Positions 11,610 through 23,022 of a DNA stretch of 64,000 nt are shown piece by piece. The notes below the pieces were generated by a model that was not told the DNA's origin, did no database searches, and saw nothing but the letters and a program-made list of their open reading frames with translations. Location: NCBI GenBank assembly GCA_002269645.1, contig NIVC01000958.1:124001-188000 (forward strand), written 5' to 3'. Each line of letters begins with the position of its first letter. Within the stretch, counting starts at the first letter, position 1. Source of the DNA: Macrostomum lignano (lineage: Eukaryota). Made by a program: the position numbers and the translations under genes.

Positions 11610-12465
11610 AAACGTCGGTTCTAAGCAGTCAGCCAACACCGGCTTTGGTGTTGGAATCTTTCTGAACGGGAGGGTCATCGCTACCCACGCTCAATACACT
11701 GGGGTCAACTCCAGTGTTTTCCAAAATGAAGTTCTGGCCATCAGCTCCTGCACTGCAGAGCTTCTCGCCACTGGCGTTACTGGTAAGAACATCATTTTCC
11801 ATTCGGACAGCCAAGCTGCCTTGCACGCCATCAGTGGCTGCAGCACCAACTCTGCTACAGTCCTCGACTGTATCAAACTCCTCAACGTGTTGGGTTCCGC
11901 CAACAAAATTACCCTTAAGTGGGTTCCGGGGCATGTGGGGATCCGAGGAAATGAGTTGGCTGACACCCTTGCAAAAGTTGGTGCCTCTGGCTCCTCTCTC
12001 GGCCCCGAACCTCTTGTCCCGATTCCTGGCTGTGTCATCGACTCGCGCATCAAAGCGTGGATCAGGACTCAGCACCGCTCGACTTGGGCGAACCGCACGA
12101 ACTGCAGGCAATCCAGAGGCGCTGTCCCTCAGCCCTCTCACCAGCTCCGGAAGCTCCTCTTGCGCCTCTCGCGCAGAGACATCCGGGCTGCCACCATGAC
12201 CCTCTCTGGTCACGGCTGCTTCTCCAGGCACCAGTACCTGCAGGGCAACGCCACCAATGCCACCTGCAGTTTCTGCAACTCAGGTGACGAAACCGCTGAG
12301 CATTTCGTCAGCATCTGTCCCGCCTTCACGCGGGCCAGACTCACTTACCTCGGGCCACACACATCTATTACTGAAGCGTGCAAACCCGAAAACTTTAATC
12401 AGCTCATGCGCTACCTTCGGGCCACCCGCAGGGCTGAACTCTCCTTTCCAGAGAGCATTATAGCT
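11610..12465 (+). pseudogene. LINE RNase H and C-terminal zinc knuckle, frameshifted/deleted relative to RT
   Basis: NVGSK (degenerate TDGSK), SVFQNEVLAI, HSDSQAAL, KWVPGHVGIRGNELADTLAK, CSFC...AEHFVSIC. Confidence 0.85.
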
Positions 12466-13019
12466 GCTGGCGACACTGGGGACCTTCCTGGGCGGCGCCA
12501 ACCCTCCGTCCATAGCGACGTGTCGGCCGTTCAGGGACTAGCGGAATGGGCGCTCGCGCCTTCCCGCTGTGTCCCCTCCGGGACAGCCCTGCAGCTAAGT
12601 CAAAGACCCTGGTCAACGACGAGATCTACATCGCAAGTAGGATTGAATCGGTGCCACCATTCACGGACGAAGCAACAGGCCAGTCTGTGTTCCTGCTATT
12701 CGATCCGGTGCACAACTTGAAAACGTCGAAAACTTTCCCTGCCGAGGAGTCTTCCATTCTCCATCCATCTCCGGCTCTTGTAATTGCAATTGTTCTTAAA
12801 CAAGTTTGCTCAGAGCCTGGCTCTAAATCAATATTTTCTCTATTATTGCCATATATTCTCATTATGAAGTCTAAATAATCATGCTAGTAGCAGCAATGTT
12901 TCCAAAATATAATCGCTTTTGTATGCTGTTGGTGTTAAAGACTCGTAACAGCTCTCTGAGAGATAAAATGCCCCTTTTTACTCACACAATAGCTGGAAAG
13001 GGTTGCCACACTAAGGTAA

Positions 13020-13735
13020 ATGCGTGTGGGGAGCTTCCCGTCCAGTGATGCTATTTTTAGGAGTCCCTGGACAGACCAAGCCCATAGGCTAAGGTCTGAG
13101 ATGCTCCACGCCTGCCCCTATCTTCAGCGGATAAAGGCTGGTGGGAGGTCTGCACCCCCTATTTGCCGCTGCAGCCGCAGACCCCCCCCCACGCTGTCTC
13201 GCAAGTCGACCCTGGGGAGACTCTAGGGTTCAAGGCAGACCATAGGGCTGCCGGACAGACTGGGCTCGGGCGCTGGGGACCCATCCAGTGGCTTCTGCCG
13301 AACTTGGGTATGCGGGTCTGGCTCGCCAGTCCGCAGGCCGTAGTACTGCATGCTCAGCGTACCCTCTAATGCCTAAGGTGTTCGACCGTGTCGATGGGCT
13401 GGAAGGCCGGGGAGTAGTCCGGTCGCAAGCGGTTCCCCTCCTGGTGTCGGGCCCGCCTTGAGGGTTCTTTTGGCCTACTGCCCGGTCAGGTGGAGCAGCC
13501 AGGTGGGTACCGCGCGGCGCGCCTCTTTGAGGGTAGCCCACCAACCTTTATCATGGCCTTCGAGCCGACTATGGATAATCAAGCTGCTGGCGACACTGGG
13601 GGACCTCCCTGGGCGGCGCCAACCCTCCGTCCATAGCGACGCGTCGGCCATTCAGGGATTAGCGGAATGGGCGTTCGCGCCTTCCCGCTGTGTCCCCCTC
13701 CGGGACAGCCCTGCAGCTAAGTCAAGTCAAGTCAA
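13020..13735 (+). mobile_element. Non-autonomous bipartite retroelement: GC-rich structured head fused to the LINE 3' end with an (AGTCA)n tail
   Basis: 13580-13720 nearly identical to LINE 3' UTR 12463-12600; tail AAGTCAAGTCAAGTCAA; head 13020-13580 has several hairpins. Confidence 0.6.
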
Positions 13736-14145
13736 TAAGAGTCAAACCAAGCGGAACCACACCATTAAATCACATACGCTCGTACAAGGTAAAATACTGC
13801 AGTAAGAGACACATGTGTAAACTATATAGAATTTGTCAGAGCATTCTTTCAACTTATCAAAAACAAATTTTAACAGTAGAATCATAGGAGAAAAGCTTTA
13901 TAACAGCTAATATCATATCATATTTATCATTACTTGTTATTCTTCGTACCGACATGTACTCTGGATGAACCTGAACAAAATGAACAGATACTTTTGACAT
14001 CGATAGACTAATAGCAGTCAGAAAGAGCCATAAAAGTCGACTTTTCTGCGGCCAGTGTAGTATGAGTGACTGCCTCAATGTAGAGCCCGAAAGCCTGGAG
14101 TTCTTCTAGATCTATCAAAATGATGAGGCATAATGATGATAGACC

Positions 14146-14201
14146 AGCTGCAGGGCTGTCCCGGAGGGACACAGCGGGAAGGCGCGGGCGCCCATTCCGC
14201 A
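14146..14201 (-). mobile_element. 5'-truncated LINE 3'-end fragment
   Basis: Reverse complement of GCGGAATGGGCG...CGCGCCTTCCCGCTGTGTCCCTCCGGGACAGCCCTGCAGCT; a shorter similar fragment lies at 17814-17846. Confidence 0.8.
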
Positions 14202-15827
14202 AAGATAGACCAGCACTGGTAATGCTTTTGTTCCAAAACAGATTAAAGATATGGCTCCAAAGTTTTGAGGATGGTATTAGCGTTCCAATGCTGAAATGCC
14301 ATCCCACACGAAGATTGTGTAGGTCGCGTGTTAAAGTGCAGCACGGGCCTGCTGCGCGTGGCAGCTTTGGCACGTGCGACCGAACCGCGCCCCTGCCACC
14401 CCTGCAGCCCGTGACGTGTGCCTAGAAGGCGAGGACAGTAAATGGAGGAGAGAGCTAAAAACTTTCTCTCCCCGTAAAGTTAAATAAACTCGCACATCGG
14501 TTCGAGAGACTCCACCGATCTTTACACACTACGGGCCTGAGCTCGGCCGTTAGGCTTGTGTCCACGGAAAAATCTAACCGGAGCATTGAAAATGGTTTTT
14601 GTGTTCCATCTTTTGCTGTCGTAGACAGAAGGTAGTGGATAGCTCGTACCAACAAAATATCCGCTATAGATGGAACCACGAGCTCGTAGTTATAGATAGC
14701 ACAATAGTGGCGAAGTCAGGAATAGTAGGGAAAAGTGCATACAGTCGGAGGGCTTCGCTTTTTTAAGCTTGAACCTGCCGTCGTCGAGTTTAAATGAAAC
14801 CAGAAGGTAGATTCAGTTAGGCAAAGTAAACTAACCTACTGAAAGCATGGTGCCGGCTAGGTTAATTAACCTTCAGTAGTAAATTTGCTCCCTGGAGGAT
14901 TTCGCGGTAGGTTAATTTGCCGAAATTTACTTCACTAGCGCAGCAGCGGCGTCAGTTAATTTACGTTAGTAAGCATTAATAGCGTGATGAAATTTACTGT
15001 TGCTTAAAACCCCCCAATATTAACCTTCTTTTTCCACGGGTGCTGTAGCTCAAAATTTTGCAAGTCTAAAATCTTAAAATCTTTTAAATCTAAAATTTCT
15101 AGAAATTTCGGATAATTTGTGTTGGCGAATTTCAAGCGTATAAAATTTCAAGTCAATTAAAAAAGTATGTCAGCTATTATGACTTTTAGCCAATATAAAT
15201 TTATGAGTCCTTTTCCGACTTGTTTATTGACAGAAGTAGAGCACTGGGCCATTAATCATTAAATTGTAGTAACTGCTAAATTTTGGTCTGTATATTATAA
15301 AATTTCTCTGCATATTGCTTTCCATTCTAGAAGGTTTCTTTGATTTGGCCGAGCATCATCCATAAAAAATTTCAAAATATTGACGTACTGAGGATACTCA
15401 GAAGCAAAAAAAAATCGCCATCACAGAAGACTCCGTCTGTGGCCGCCACTTTTGAGAGTGCAGGTAAAGTCTCTCAATCTTTGCGAGTGACGCAACTTAT
15501 CTGATACACACCGCGGCAGACTTGAGTTGAGGAATGAAGTGGGGGAGCGATGTGCGAGGGATGGACGGATTAAAGCTGCCCCGATAAGTTTTCTCGTATC
15601 TTTTATTTCAGAATAATCCATGACAAATTGCTCACTGGCGCATAGAGTGGCGACTTTTCAATGTTGCTGAGTATAAATGAGAACTGCAACTTTAAAACTG
15701 CATGCGAACATGAGACAAGGAAGATTTTTTAAGGTAAAGTTGCTTTTCTATTGTTTGTGGTTGAAAATTTCGAAGGCAAATTATTGAGTATATCAGACTA
15801 TTTGTTTTCAAATATTTCACCTGCGTA

Positions 15828-16289
15828 TCACGGGCTAGTAACTGGCTCAAATAATATGGGAACGCTGAGCAGCTTCCCTTCGAGTTCAGTTGCTGATGAA
15901 GAATTGTCGACAATTTTTGTCCGCAACTCTATTTGCGCCGCAGGCTCTGAGATCTTCTGCGCCGTGTCCTTTTCCTGTGCCCTCGATCGATACTGTTGGG
16001 AGCAGCAAGTTCTCAAAAGACGACGATAGTAATTAACTATTATCGCAATCAAAATAATCGTAAAAGCTAAAGGAAGTACTACTAAGAATAAGACATTGCT
16101 CTCCTTGTCTTTCGGTTCATTCGAGAATTCACTGAGCAGTGGTCGGATGCCACAGCTGGTCCCGACACCCACTGCAAAGTTTACATCTGGACTTCCGTTT
16201 GCAGTTTCGGGAAATCTGATCAGCAGTGGCAGTGGCTTGTTGCAGCTGGTGAACTCCAGCAACGCGCTTCCCGCTGCTGTAGTCATCAA
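15828..16289 (-). CDS. C-terminal TM-containing segment of putative host membrane protein (paralog B)
   Basis: TM VLFLVVLPLAFTIILIAIIV + NYYRR; homology to ORF 2613-3035. Confidence 0.55.
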   Translation of the reverse strand: MMTTAAGSALLEFTSCNKPLPLLIRFPETANGSPDVNFAVGVGTSCGIRPLLSEFSNEPKDKESNVLFLVVLPLAFTIILIAIIVNYYRRLLRTCCSQQYRSRAQEKDTAQKISEPAAQIELRTKIVDNSSSATELEGKLLSVPILFEPVTSP

Positions 16290-16862
16290 GGATACGCACC
16301 TGTCTTTGGCTTTTTTATGCAGTCTGAAACGATCGGATGAAATACAGGTGTGAAACTGTGAACTTTGAATCAGTGAAGCTTTGTGTGAGCATCAGGAAGA
16401 GTTGCTCAGACCAAACAATCAGTAGATTTCGAGCGGTAAACAAAGTGACTGACCTTAACTACTGAAATCTCGGCCCCCCCCTTGTTCTACAAGCTACCAA
16501 CTTTATTGCTCCGATTACCTGAGCGCCTCCATGTGGGGAGAAGTAAAAGGCATACTCTGTACACTGAGTACTGGCTGAGACCATCAGCAATAAAGTACTT
16601 GAAAATCATTTAGAAATTCCAATCTAACCGATTGAGGCTCTGTATAATAAGTCTACGGCTCCAAACAGTAACACCCATTACTCTTGATATTTCTGCATCT
16701 AGTGCAATCATGTCGTTAAACTTGACTAATGGGACTTTAATATCTTTGTCCATCTTTTGTTTGTTATAATTCATCTATTAACTGACAAATAATCATGCAA
16801 CTTGAAGTACAAAAATGCGGCGAAACCTTATATTGTTGGTTTTTAGCGCATTCATTGGTGAC

Positions 16863-17111
16863 TTACGGAAAATGGCTTGCGGTTAAATTCTGCTGAACCT
16901 GAAACCAACAATCGCTGGTGTTCTTCGTCACATTCAGCACTGCGACTGCGCCGTTGGCTGTCGATTTGAACATTCCCAAGTAGGCGGCAGTTTTCAGGTT
17001 GAGAGGACGCCGGAATGGAAACTCATTCAGCTGGGCATTGTCTGAAAGTTGAAAGTTGAAATCAATGTTGTACAGTAGGGGTCGGAAAAGCTTTTTTACT
17101 TCAATGGCCAA
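16863..17111 (-). CDS. Coding segment of paralog B
   Basis: Aligns with the manually translated 3098-3275. Confidence 0.5.
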   Translation of the reverse strand: MAIEVKKLFRPLLYNIDFNFQLSDNAQLNEFPFRRPLNLKTAAYLGMFKSTANGAVAVLNVTKNTSDCWFQVQQNLTASHFP

Positions 17112-17149
17112 ATGAATAATCCAACTCTGCCGCGGGCTAGGTGAGAGAG

Positions 17150-17812
17150 AAAAGGAGAGGAAAAAGAAGAAGAAAAAGGGAAAGGGAGATAAGAGAAGAC
17201 AGAAAAGAAGACAGAGAAGAGAGAGGAGAGAAAAGAGAGGACAAAAAAGAGAAGAGAGAAGGGAGAAGAGAGAGGAGATAGGAGAGAGAAGAGAAGAGAG
17301 AGAAGAGAAGAGAGAGAAGAGAAGAGAGAGGAGAGAAGAGAGAGGAGGGGAGAGACAAGAGGGGAGACAAGAGGGGAGACAAGAGGGGAGACAAGAAGGG
17401 AGACAAGAGGGGAGACAAGAAGGGAGACAAGAGGGGAGACAAGAGGGGGTACAAGAGGGGAGACAAGAAGGGAGACAAGAAGGGAGGCAAGAAGGGAGAC
17501 AAGAGGGGGTACAAGAGGGGAGACAAGAAGGGAGACAAGAGGGGAGACAAGAGGGGAGACAAGAGGGGAGACAAGAGGGGAGACAAGAGGGGAGACAAGA
17601 GGGGAGACAAGAGGGGAGACAAGAGGGGAGACAAGAGGGGGTACAAGAGGGGAGACAAGAAGGGAGACAAGAGGGGAGACAAGAGGGGAGACAGGAGGGG
17701 GGACAAGAGGGGGTACAAGAGGGGAGACAAGAGGGGAGACAAGAGGGGAGACAGGAGGGGGGACAAGAGGGGAGACAGGAGGGGGGACAAGAGGGGAGAC
17801 AAGAGGGGAGAC
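17150..17812. repeat. Purine-rich repeat: (GAGAA)n grading into 12-bp (GGGGAGACAAGA)n
   Basis: Directly visible. Confidence 0.95.
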
Positions 17813-18492
17813 AAGCTGCAGGGCTGTACCGGAGGGACAGCGGGAATGTGGGGACGCATAGTTGGCCTTATCATGGAGTCATAGAACCAACACTTGGATA
17901 AACAACTCAGACAGGCTCATGGGCTATTGTTTGAAAGGAAGCTGTTTTGTTTACTCAAATAGCTACGGATAATTTCATCAGCTCTAAACACTTTAAGAGA
18001 AGTTACAAAGCTTTAGTAAAAAATGAAGCCGCTGTCGCCTCTCTTCTTGTGCGTAATCTGTTTGTGTAGTCAGTACGATGCCATGAATTCATCACCGATT
18101 AAGCTACCATCAACAGTATGCAAACTAAATGATCTTTTGATGCAGCACGGTAAGCACATAAACTCTCTCCATCTTTAGGGCCTGTGTTCGAAAAATTGGC
18201 TGTGGGTTTGTCGTGTGATTCACAGCCATGAGGGGCCAACCCCCCAAGGCGCAGAAAGGGAACATGCCTGGCTAGACTAGAAAGTCAGGGCCGCTGTACA
18301 CCCTGTGCGAGCGTGTGTGAGTGCGTGTCTGCGTACAGTCACCGGCCTCGGGAGTCAGCTGAATGGGCAGAATTGTGTCAGCGCTGGTTGTGATACGATG
18401 TCGCTGAAAGCGTTTTTCCTGGCTGCCTGCATCCCTCCTGCAATTATAACAATCATCTTTTCCCAATCAATAAATCACATGTTAATATTGCA

Positions 18493-19158
18493 TCATAATT
18501 CCTTACTGGCAGCAATGAACTCTCTGATCTCAGTCATGCTGGAGAAGCTGGCCAGCTGAGCATCGCCTCTGATGCTGGACATGGCGGCTGTCATATTCTG
18601 AAATATCCGGCTCAAGGCGTAGCAGTCTCCCCGGAAGCTCAGCATGTCCGTGGCGCAGTGATTCTTTATTGGATGAACAATTCTCAGGCCGACTCGACTG
18701 CCTCTCCGTTCTGTAGAATTGTTGCTAAATACAGCGGATATGTGGCCTCTGGAAATTGATGCAGATTATTCATTTCTCCTAACAATTAGGCTACCTAGAA
18801 GTACGGTTGAATATAGAGTTTTACGAGTACATGGAAAATTAACATCTGATCTTGAGGTCGGGAAGATGTGCATGGTCCGATCTAACCGACCATGGATTCT
18901 TCCAGAAACATATTTAGTTGCAAACCGCGGTTGCCCTCCCAAGTTGCCCTCTCTCGAGCTGTCTCTTCTGTGGCATAGGAGAGGAGACCGCGGAAGGATC
19001 ACGTCGCCTTCTGCCCTCACTTCAATAAGGCGCGGCACAAACACATCATCGGCCACCCCCAGCGGATGGACGAGCTGACCACCCCGGACAAAATCCGTGA
19101 TCTTCGCGCCTTCTTCCGGGATACCGGGATACGAACGGGGGTCTGGGCGCAACCCCAA
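18493..19158 (-). pseudogene. Paralog B middle segment with C-type-lectin-like region; one in-frame TAA at 18766-18768
   Basis: Frame continues past the stop: SASISRGHI...RVGLRIVHPIKNHCATDMLSFRGDCYALS...QLASFSSMTEIREFIAASKEL, matching paralog A VGLRIVLPSSGHCAFDMLNFRGSCY...QLASFENSSDISQFIAASEQF. Confidence 0.55.
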
Positions 19159-19317
19159 GGTTAATCCTTTGTCTCTTTAATCGCGACAGAAGTAAGTAAC
19201 ATCTGATTTTTTGTATGCTTCTAGAGTTCGTCAGCCTGACCTTGAAGCTGGTAAATTTAGGATTGCTTTAAATCTGTAAGCACTAAAACAAAAAGCGATA
19301 GCAGTGTGTTGCATCGA

Positions 19318-19656
19318 CTAGCCCCAAAAACTCGTTGATACTCGTAGGCAACAGATAACAGAATATATGACTAACCCGGAAGGTAGCGAGATGGTCAAGA
19401 ACAAGCCGGCAACCAAATCGAATCTGGTAGTCTTCGAGTTTGTCCGAATGTACACGGAAAAGTTCATCCCGTCGGATCTGTCAGATGTCTCAGCGCGATC
19501 TCCGCTTCTGAGCGGCTGCCCAATCAGAGACAGTCTGGTCGGTCCGCTTGCATAGGGAAGGCTGACCTGCCAATAGCAGCGGATTCCCTGTTTTCCATGG
19601 GGCTCGTCCTGAATCAGGGGCACCAATGTCTCATCCCGATGGTGGAAGCTGTCCAT
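19318..19656 (-). CDS. CUB-like segment of paralog B
   Basis: Homology to ORF 4443-4928 (C-x-W, LIGxP, SVxIR, DLVAGL). Confidence 0.45.
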   Translation of the reverse strand: MDSFHHRDETLVPLIQDEPHGKQGIRCYWQVSLPYASGPTRLSLIGQPLRSGDRAETSDRSDGMNFSVYIRTNSKTTRFDLVAGLFLTISLPSGLVIYSVICCLRVSTSFWG

Positions 19657-19814
19657 TGCAATTTTAACGGTGAGCTCTTGAACACAGTGGTGATTGGCAG
19701 ACTCGGAGCTGTATAAAAAAGAGCACTATAGTCTACAGATATGACAGATTCAACTTTTGTATTCTGGGGGAATCACGATTTCTACCTGAGTTCCAGTAAT
19801 GCGACTTGTTGCGG

Positions 19815-20720
19815 AGCCGTCTCCCTCCCTAATAACAGCGTCTCCCTCCTTAATGACAGCGTCTCCCTCCCTAATAACAGCGTCTCCCTCCCTAATAACA
19901 GCGTCTACCTCCCTAATGACAGCGTCTCCCTCCTTAATAACAGCGTCTACCTCCCTAATGACAGCGTCTCCCTCCCTAATGACAGCGTCTCCCTCCCGAA
20001 TGACAGCGTCTCTTTCCCTAGTGACAGCGTCTCCCTCGATAATGACAGCGTCTCCCTCGATAATAACAGCGTCTCCTCCCTAATGACAGCGTCTCCCTCG
20101 ATAATAACAGCGTCTCCTCCCTAATGTCAGCGTCTCTCTCCCTAATGACAGCGTCTCCCTCCTTGATGACAGCGTCTCCCTCCTTGATGACAGCGTCTCC
20201 CTCCTTAATTACAGCGTCTCCCTCCCTAATGACAGCGTCTCTTTCCCTAATGACAGCGTCTACCTCCCTAATGACAGAATCTCTCTCCCTAATGACAGCG
20301 TCTCCCTCCTTAATAACAGCGTCTCCCTCCTTAATGACAGCGTCTCCCTCCTTAATAACAGCGTCTCCCTCCTTAATGACAGCGTCTCCCTCCTTAATAA
20401 CAGCGTCTCCCTCCCTAATAACAGCGTCTCCCTCCCTAATAACAGCGTCTCTTTTCCTAATGACAGCGTCTCCCTCCCTAATAACAGCGTCTCTTTTCCT
20501 AATAACAGCGTCTCTCTCCCTAATAACAGCGTCTCTCTCCCTAATAACAGCGTCTCTCTCCCTAATAACAGCGTCTCTCTCCCTAATAACAGCGTCTCTT
20601 TTCCCAATGACAGCGTCTCTTTCCCTAATTACAGCGTCTACCTTCCTAATGACAGAATCTCTCTCCCTAATGACAGCGTCTCCGTCTCATGACAGCATCT
20701 CCCTCTCTAATGACAGCATC
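19815..20720. repeat. 21-bp minisatellite (TAATGACAGCGTCTCCCTCCC)n
   Basis: Directly visible, degenerate units. Confidence 0.95.
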
Positions 20721-21324
20721 TCCTTTCTTAAAAAAAATTCTTTTCGATTTTTGTTCGATAAAACTGTTGAAAAATGCGTTACACATTTGCACTTACATGT
20801 GCCAGTACGTCGCAATCAATAGCAGGAAAGTAATCGATTGCATTATCTAAAATAAAAAAGTGCCAACGGGTCATGGTTAAATGTTCGCATGATTTCGCTT
20901 GAGTACTTGTACGTAGGGACAAGAAAGTACACGCACTAGATCGTACATTCACTTAGAGAAGTTCCCTTTTAAACTGTACATTTAAGCGTACTTTGGACAA
21001 AAGCACTGCTTTGCTCTACTTAGTTTGACGGTTGAAATTAATTAAGTTAACTTCATAATGAGGAATGCTTTTACGGGCTATAGAAACATTGTTTAATAAA
21101 CTCACCGCGACTTCAGGCAGATTAGAAGACCAACCGAGAAAGAAAAATATAAAATCACAAGGCTTCGCTATGCATTGCTTGGTCCGGTAATAAAAGTACA
21201 ATTTTTTTGCTGTTTTACAGGCTCAGTAACTGTAAGTGGGCGCTTTAAGCGAAAGCAAAAGTTTTGGAAGCAGACTTCTTTTTCGAAGCCAATGAGAATT
21301 CTAGTAGCATGAAGGTAACAAATT

Positions 21325-21340
21325 TGTCTGCCCGTCTGCC

Positions 21341-21409
<69 letters not shown>

Positions 21410-21420
21410 GCCCGTCTGCC

Positions 21421-21489
<69 letters not shown>

Positions 21490-21520
21490 TAGTGTCTGTC
21501 TGTCTGTCTGTCTGTCTGTG

Positions 21521-21555
<35 letters not shown>

Positions 21556-21780
21556 GTGTCTGTCTGTCTGTCTGTCTGTCTGTCTGCCTGTCTGTCTGTC
21601 TGTCTGTCTGTCTGTCGGTTTGCCCACCTAGCTGCTTGTGTGTCAATCACTGTTCGAATCCTTCCTCCAAAAATCCAAGACAATATTGTCAGCATTGAAC
21701 ACAATACTCTTTCAGTACGCTCGTATGCACACAAAGTCCAAGCTTTGTTTGCTTCCATTTTTTATCGTTTTTAATATTTC
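21325..21780 (-). repeat. (TCTG)n microsatellite with a conserved flank shared, in inverted orientation, with 23700-24330
   Basis: Flank CAATATTGTCAG.ATTGAACACAA...TTCAGTACGC at 21680-21720 equals the reverse complement of 23735-23785. Confidence 0.8.
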
Positions 21781-22734
21781 TGTCGTCATATCTTTTAAAT
21801 TTAAAGCGTTATATATTTTTATTTCAAACATTTGAACTAGAAATATGACTAATAGTATGACTATAAACACAACTTAACCAACTTAGCTTAATTTGCCTAA
21901 TCCTCCACTGCATTAGGCAGTGGTCGAGACCGTCCTGCTGTACAACGCCACGGACGCGGACGCTGATAGGTACGCTAAAACCTAAACTCTCGCGTCTGCA
22001 CCATGTGGCCCTACAAACAGACGAAAGCGTCATACCATTGCAAAGCCAGCTGTGTTGTCTATAAGCGTATAACACGAATTGACCTCACACCTTATATACA
22101 TTTTTCATCTTCCGGATGATTCAGTCAGTGTAAATGCTACTGCAGTGATAGATGTAGTTTCACTAGTTATACTGATGATTAGTTTTATAGTTAATACACT
22201 GGGAACTGTCGCAAAGTAGTCGACCAGAAATCAGCCATGAGGCAAACGGTTCCCTGAGCATGCGCACATGTAGGCACACGCTCACACAGTGATGACTTCC
22301 TCATCATCGGGCATGTACAGTCTCTGGAATGCCGCTTTGGAAGTTGACCGTCATGCACGCGACATAGACGACACAAGTCAGTTCCTGGGGCTGGAATTCC
22401 CAGGCTTCAAGGAATCGAACCTGGGGTACTTAAGCCTAAGTGTCACAGGCGTAAAACGCTAAGCTGATCTGTCACTTCTCTGGCCTCTGTACGGATGATA
22501 TGAACTGAAAGTTTGCAAGAATCCATGAGAAGATTCCGTCCGCAAAATCCCACACAAGCGTCACAGAAACGAGAATTCCGATGGAGCTGTTTCTCTCAAC
22601 AACTTTCCGATTCCAACCCCTCTGCCTCTTCGAGTACTCGAGAAGAACGGGTCTTGCTCCGTCCAATCCATGAAGACTATGAACTAAATAAAAAAACTTG
22701 AGCAAACATCAGCAAAAATTTAGTTTTACACATT

Positions 22735-23022
22735 AATAGTAATAATTATAATTATAATTACTGGTTATACCTGCCCTAATGGGCAGATGTGCAACCGACA
22801 GCTCAGCCGCAGCTGCATATGAAGGCAGCATGAAGGCTGCATACGGCGAAGGCTGTGTAATGCCCAGCTACTGCTGGCACTCATTTTACAGCTGGGTGAA
22901 CTGCAGCAATATAGAGTTAAGTGTCTTGCTCAAGGAAACAAAGTGTTCCAGTGGGATCGGGAATCGAACCCCCGACCATCAAGTCGTTAGTCCGACGCTC
23001 TAACCACTAGGCTACAACCTGC
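22735..23022 (-). mobile_element. tRNA-derived SINE with CORE-like central domain and AT-rich tail
   Basis: Minus strand: box A TAGCCTAGTGG, box B GGTTCGATTCC, then CCTTGAGCAAGACACTTAAC...CAGTTCACCCAGCTGTAAAATGAG resembling the MIR/CORE consensus; (TAAT/TAATAA) tail. Confidence 0.75.

Larger units (their letters stand above)
8616..12604 (+). mobile_element. Non-LTR retrotransposon (APE-RT-RNase H-CCHC; I-group/Loa-R1-like), degenerate
   Basis: 10-bp TSD GACCCTGGTC at 8606-8615 and 12605-12614; ORF from ATG 8668 (LQINLQH...LI*EPW); RT motifs GGPQGGVLTP and YADD; RNase H DSQAAL/WVPGH/GNELAD; CSFC...EH...C. Confidence 0.93.
6560..12850 (+). pseudogene. Decayed THAP-domain P-element-like (THAP9-type) transposase, split by two insertions
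   Basis: PRRCCAVEKC (6643-6675) and KICSRDF...KLGAVPSIFP (7680-7820) give a THAP domain; RRYSKDLLVFSCLIYSIS (8390-8440); VVTLV|NDEIYI rejoined across the LINE; LFDPVHNLK (12695-12722); stops and frameshifts. Confidence 0.7.

Noticed and set aside
13400-13500. HDV-like or hammerhead ribozyme
   Set aside because: Could not build the P1/P2/P3 nested pseudoknot or find CUGAUGA/GAAA cores by eye; needs a covariance search.
14471-15040. Possible DNA transposon with CCCG...CGGG ends and recurrent GGTTAATT/AAATTTAC motifs
   Set aside because: Terminal match too short and no TSD recognised.
17137-17874. LSPL-repeat ORF
   Set aside because: Artefact of the 12-bp purine repeat.
19741-20822. NNSVSLP / MTASPSL repeat ORFs as mucin-like protein
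   Set aside because: Opposite strand to the neighbouring host gene, frame changes within the array, no unique flanking coding signal.
22955-23022. Standalone tRNA gene
   Set aside because: A and B boxes are present but continue into SINE core and tail; no complete cloverleaf or acceptor stem.
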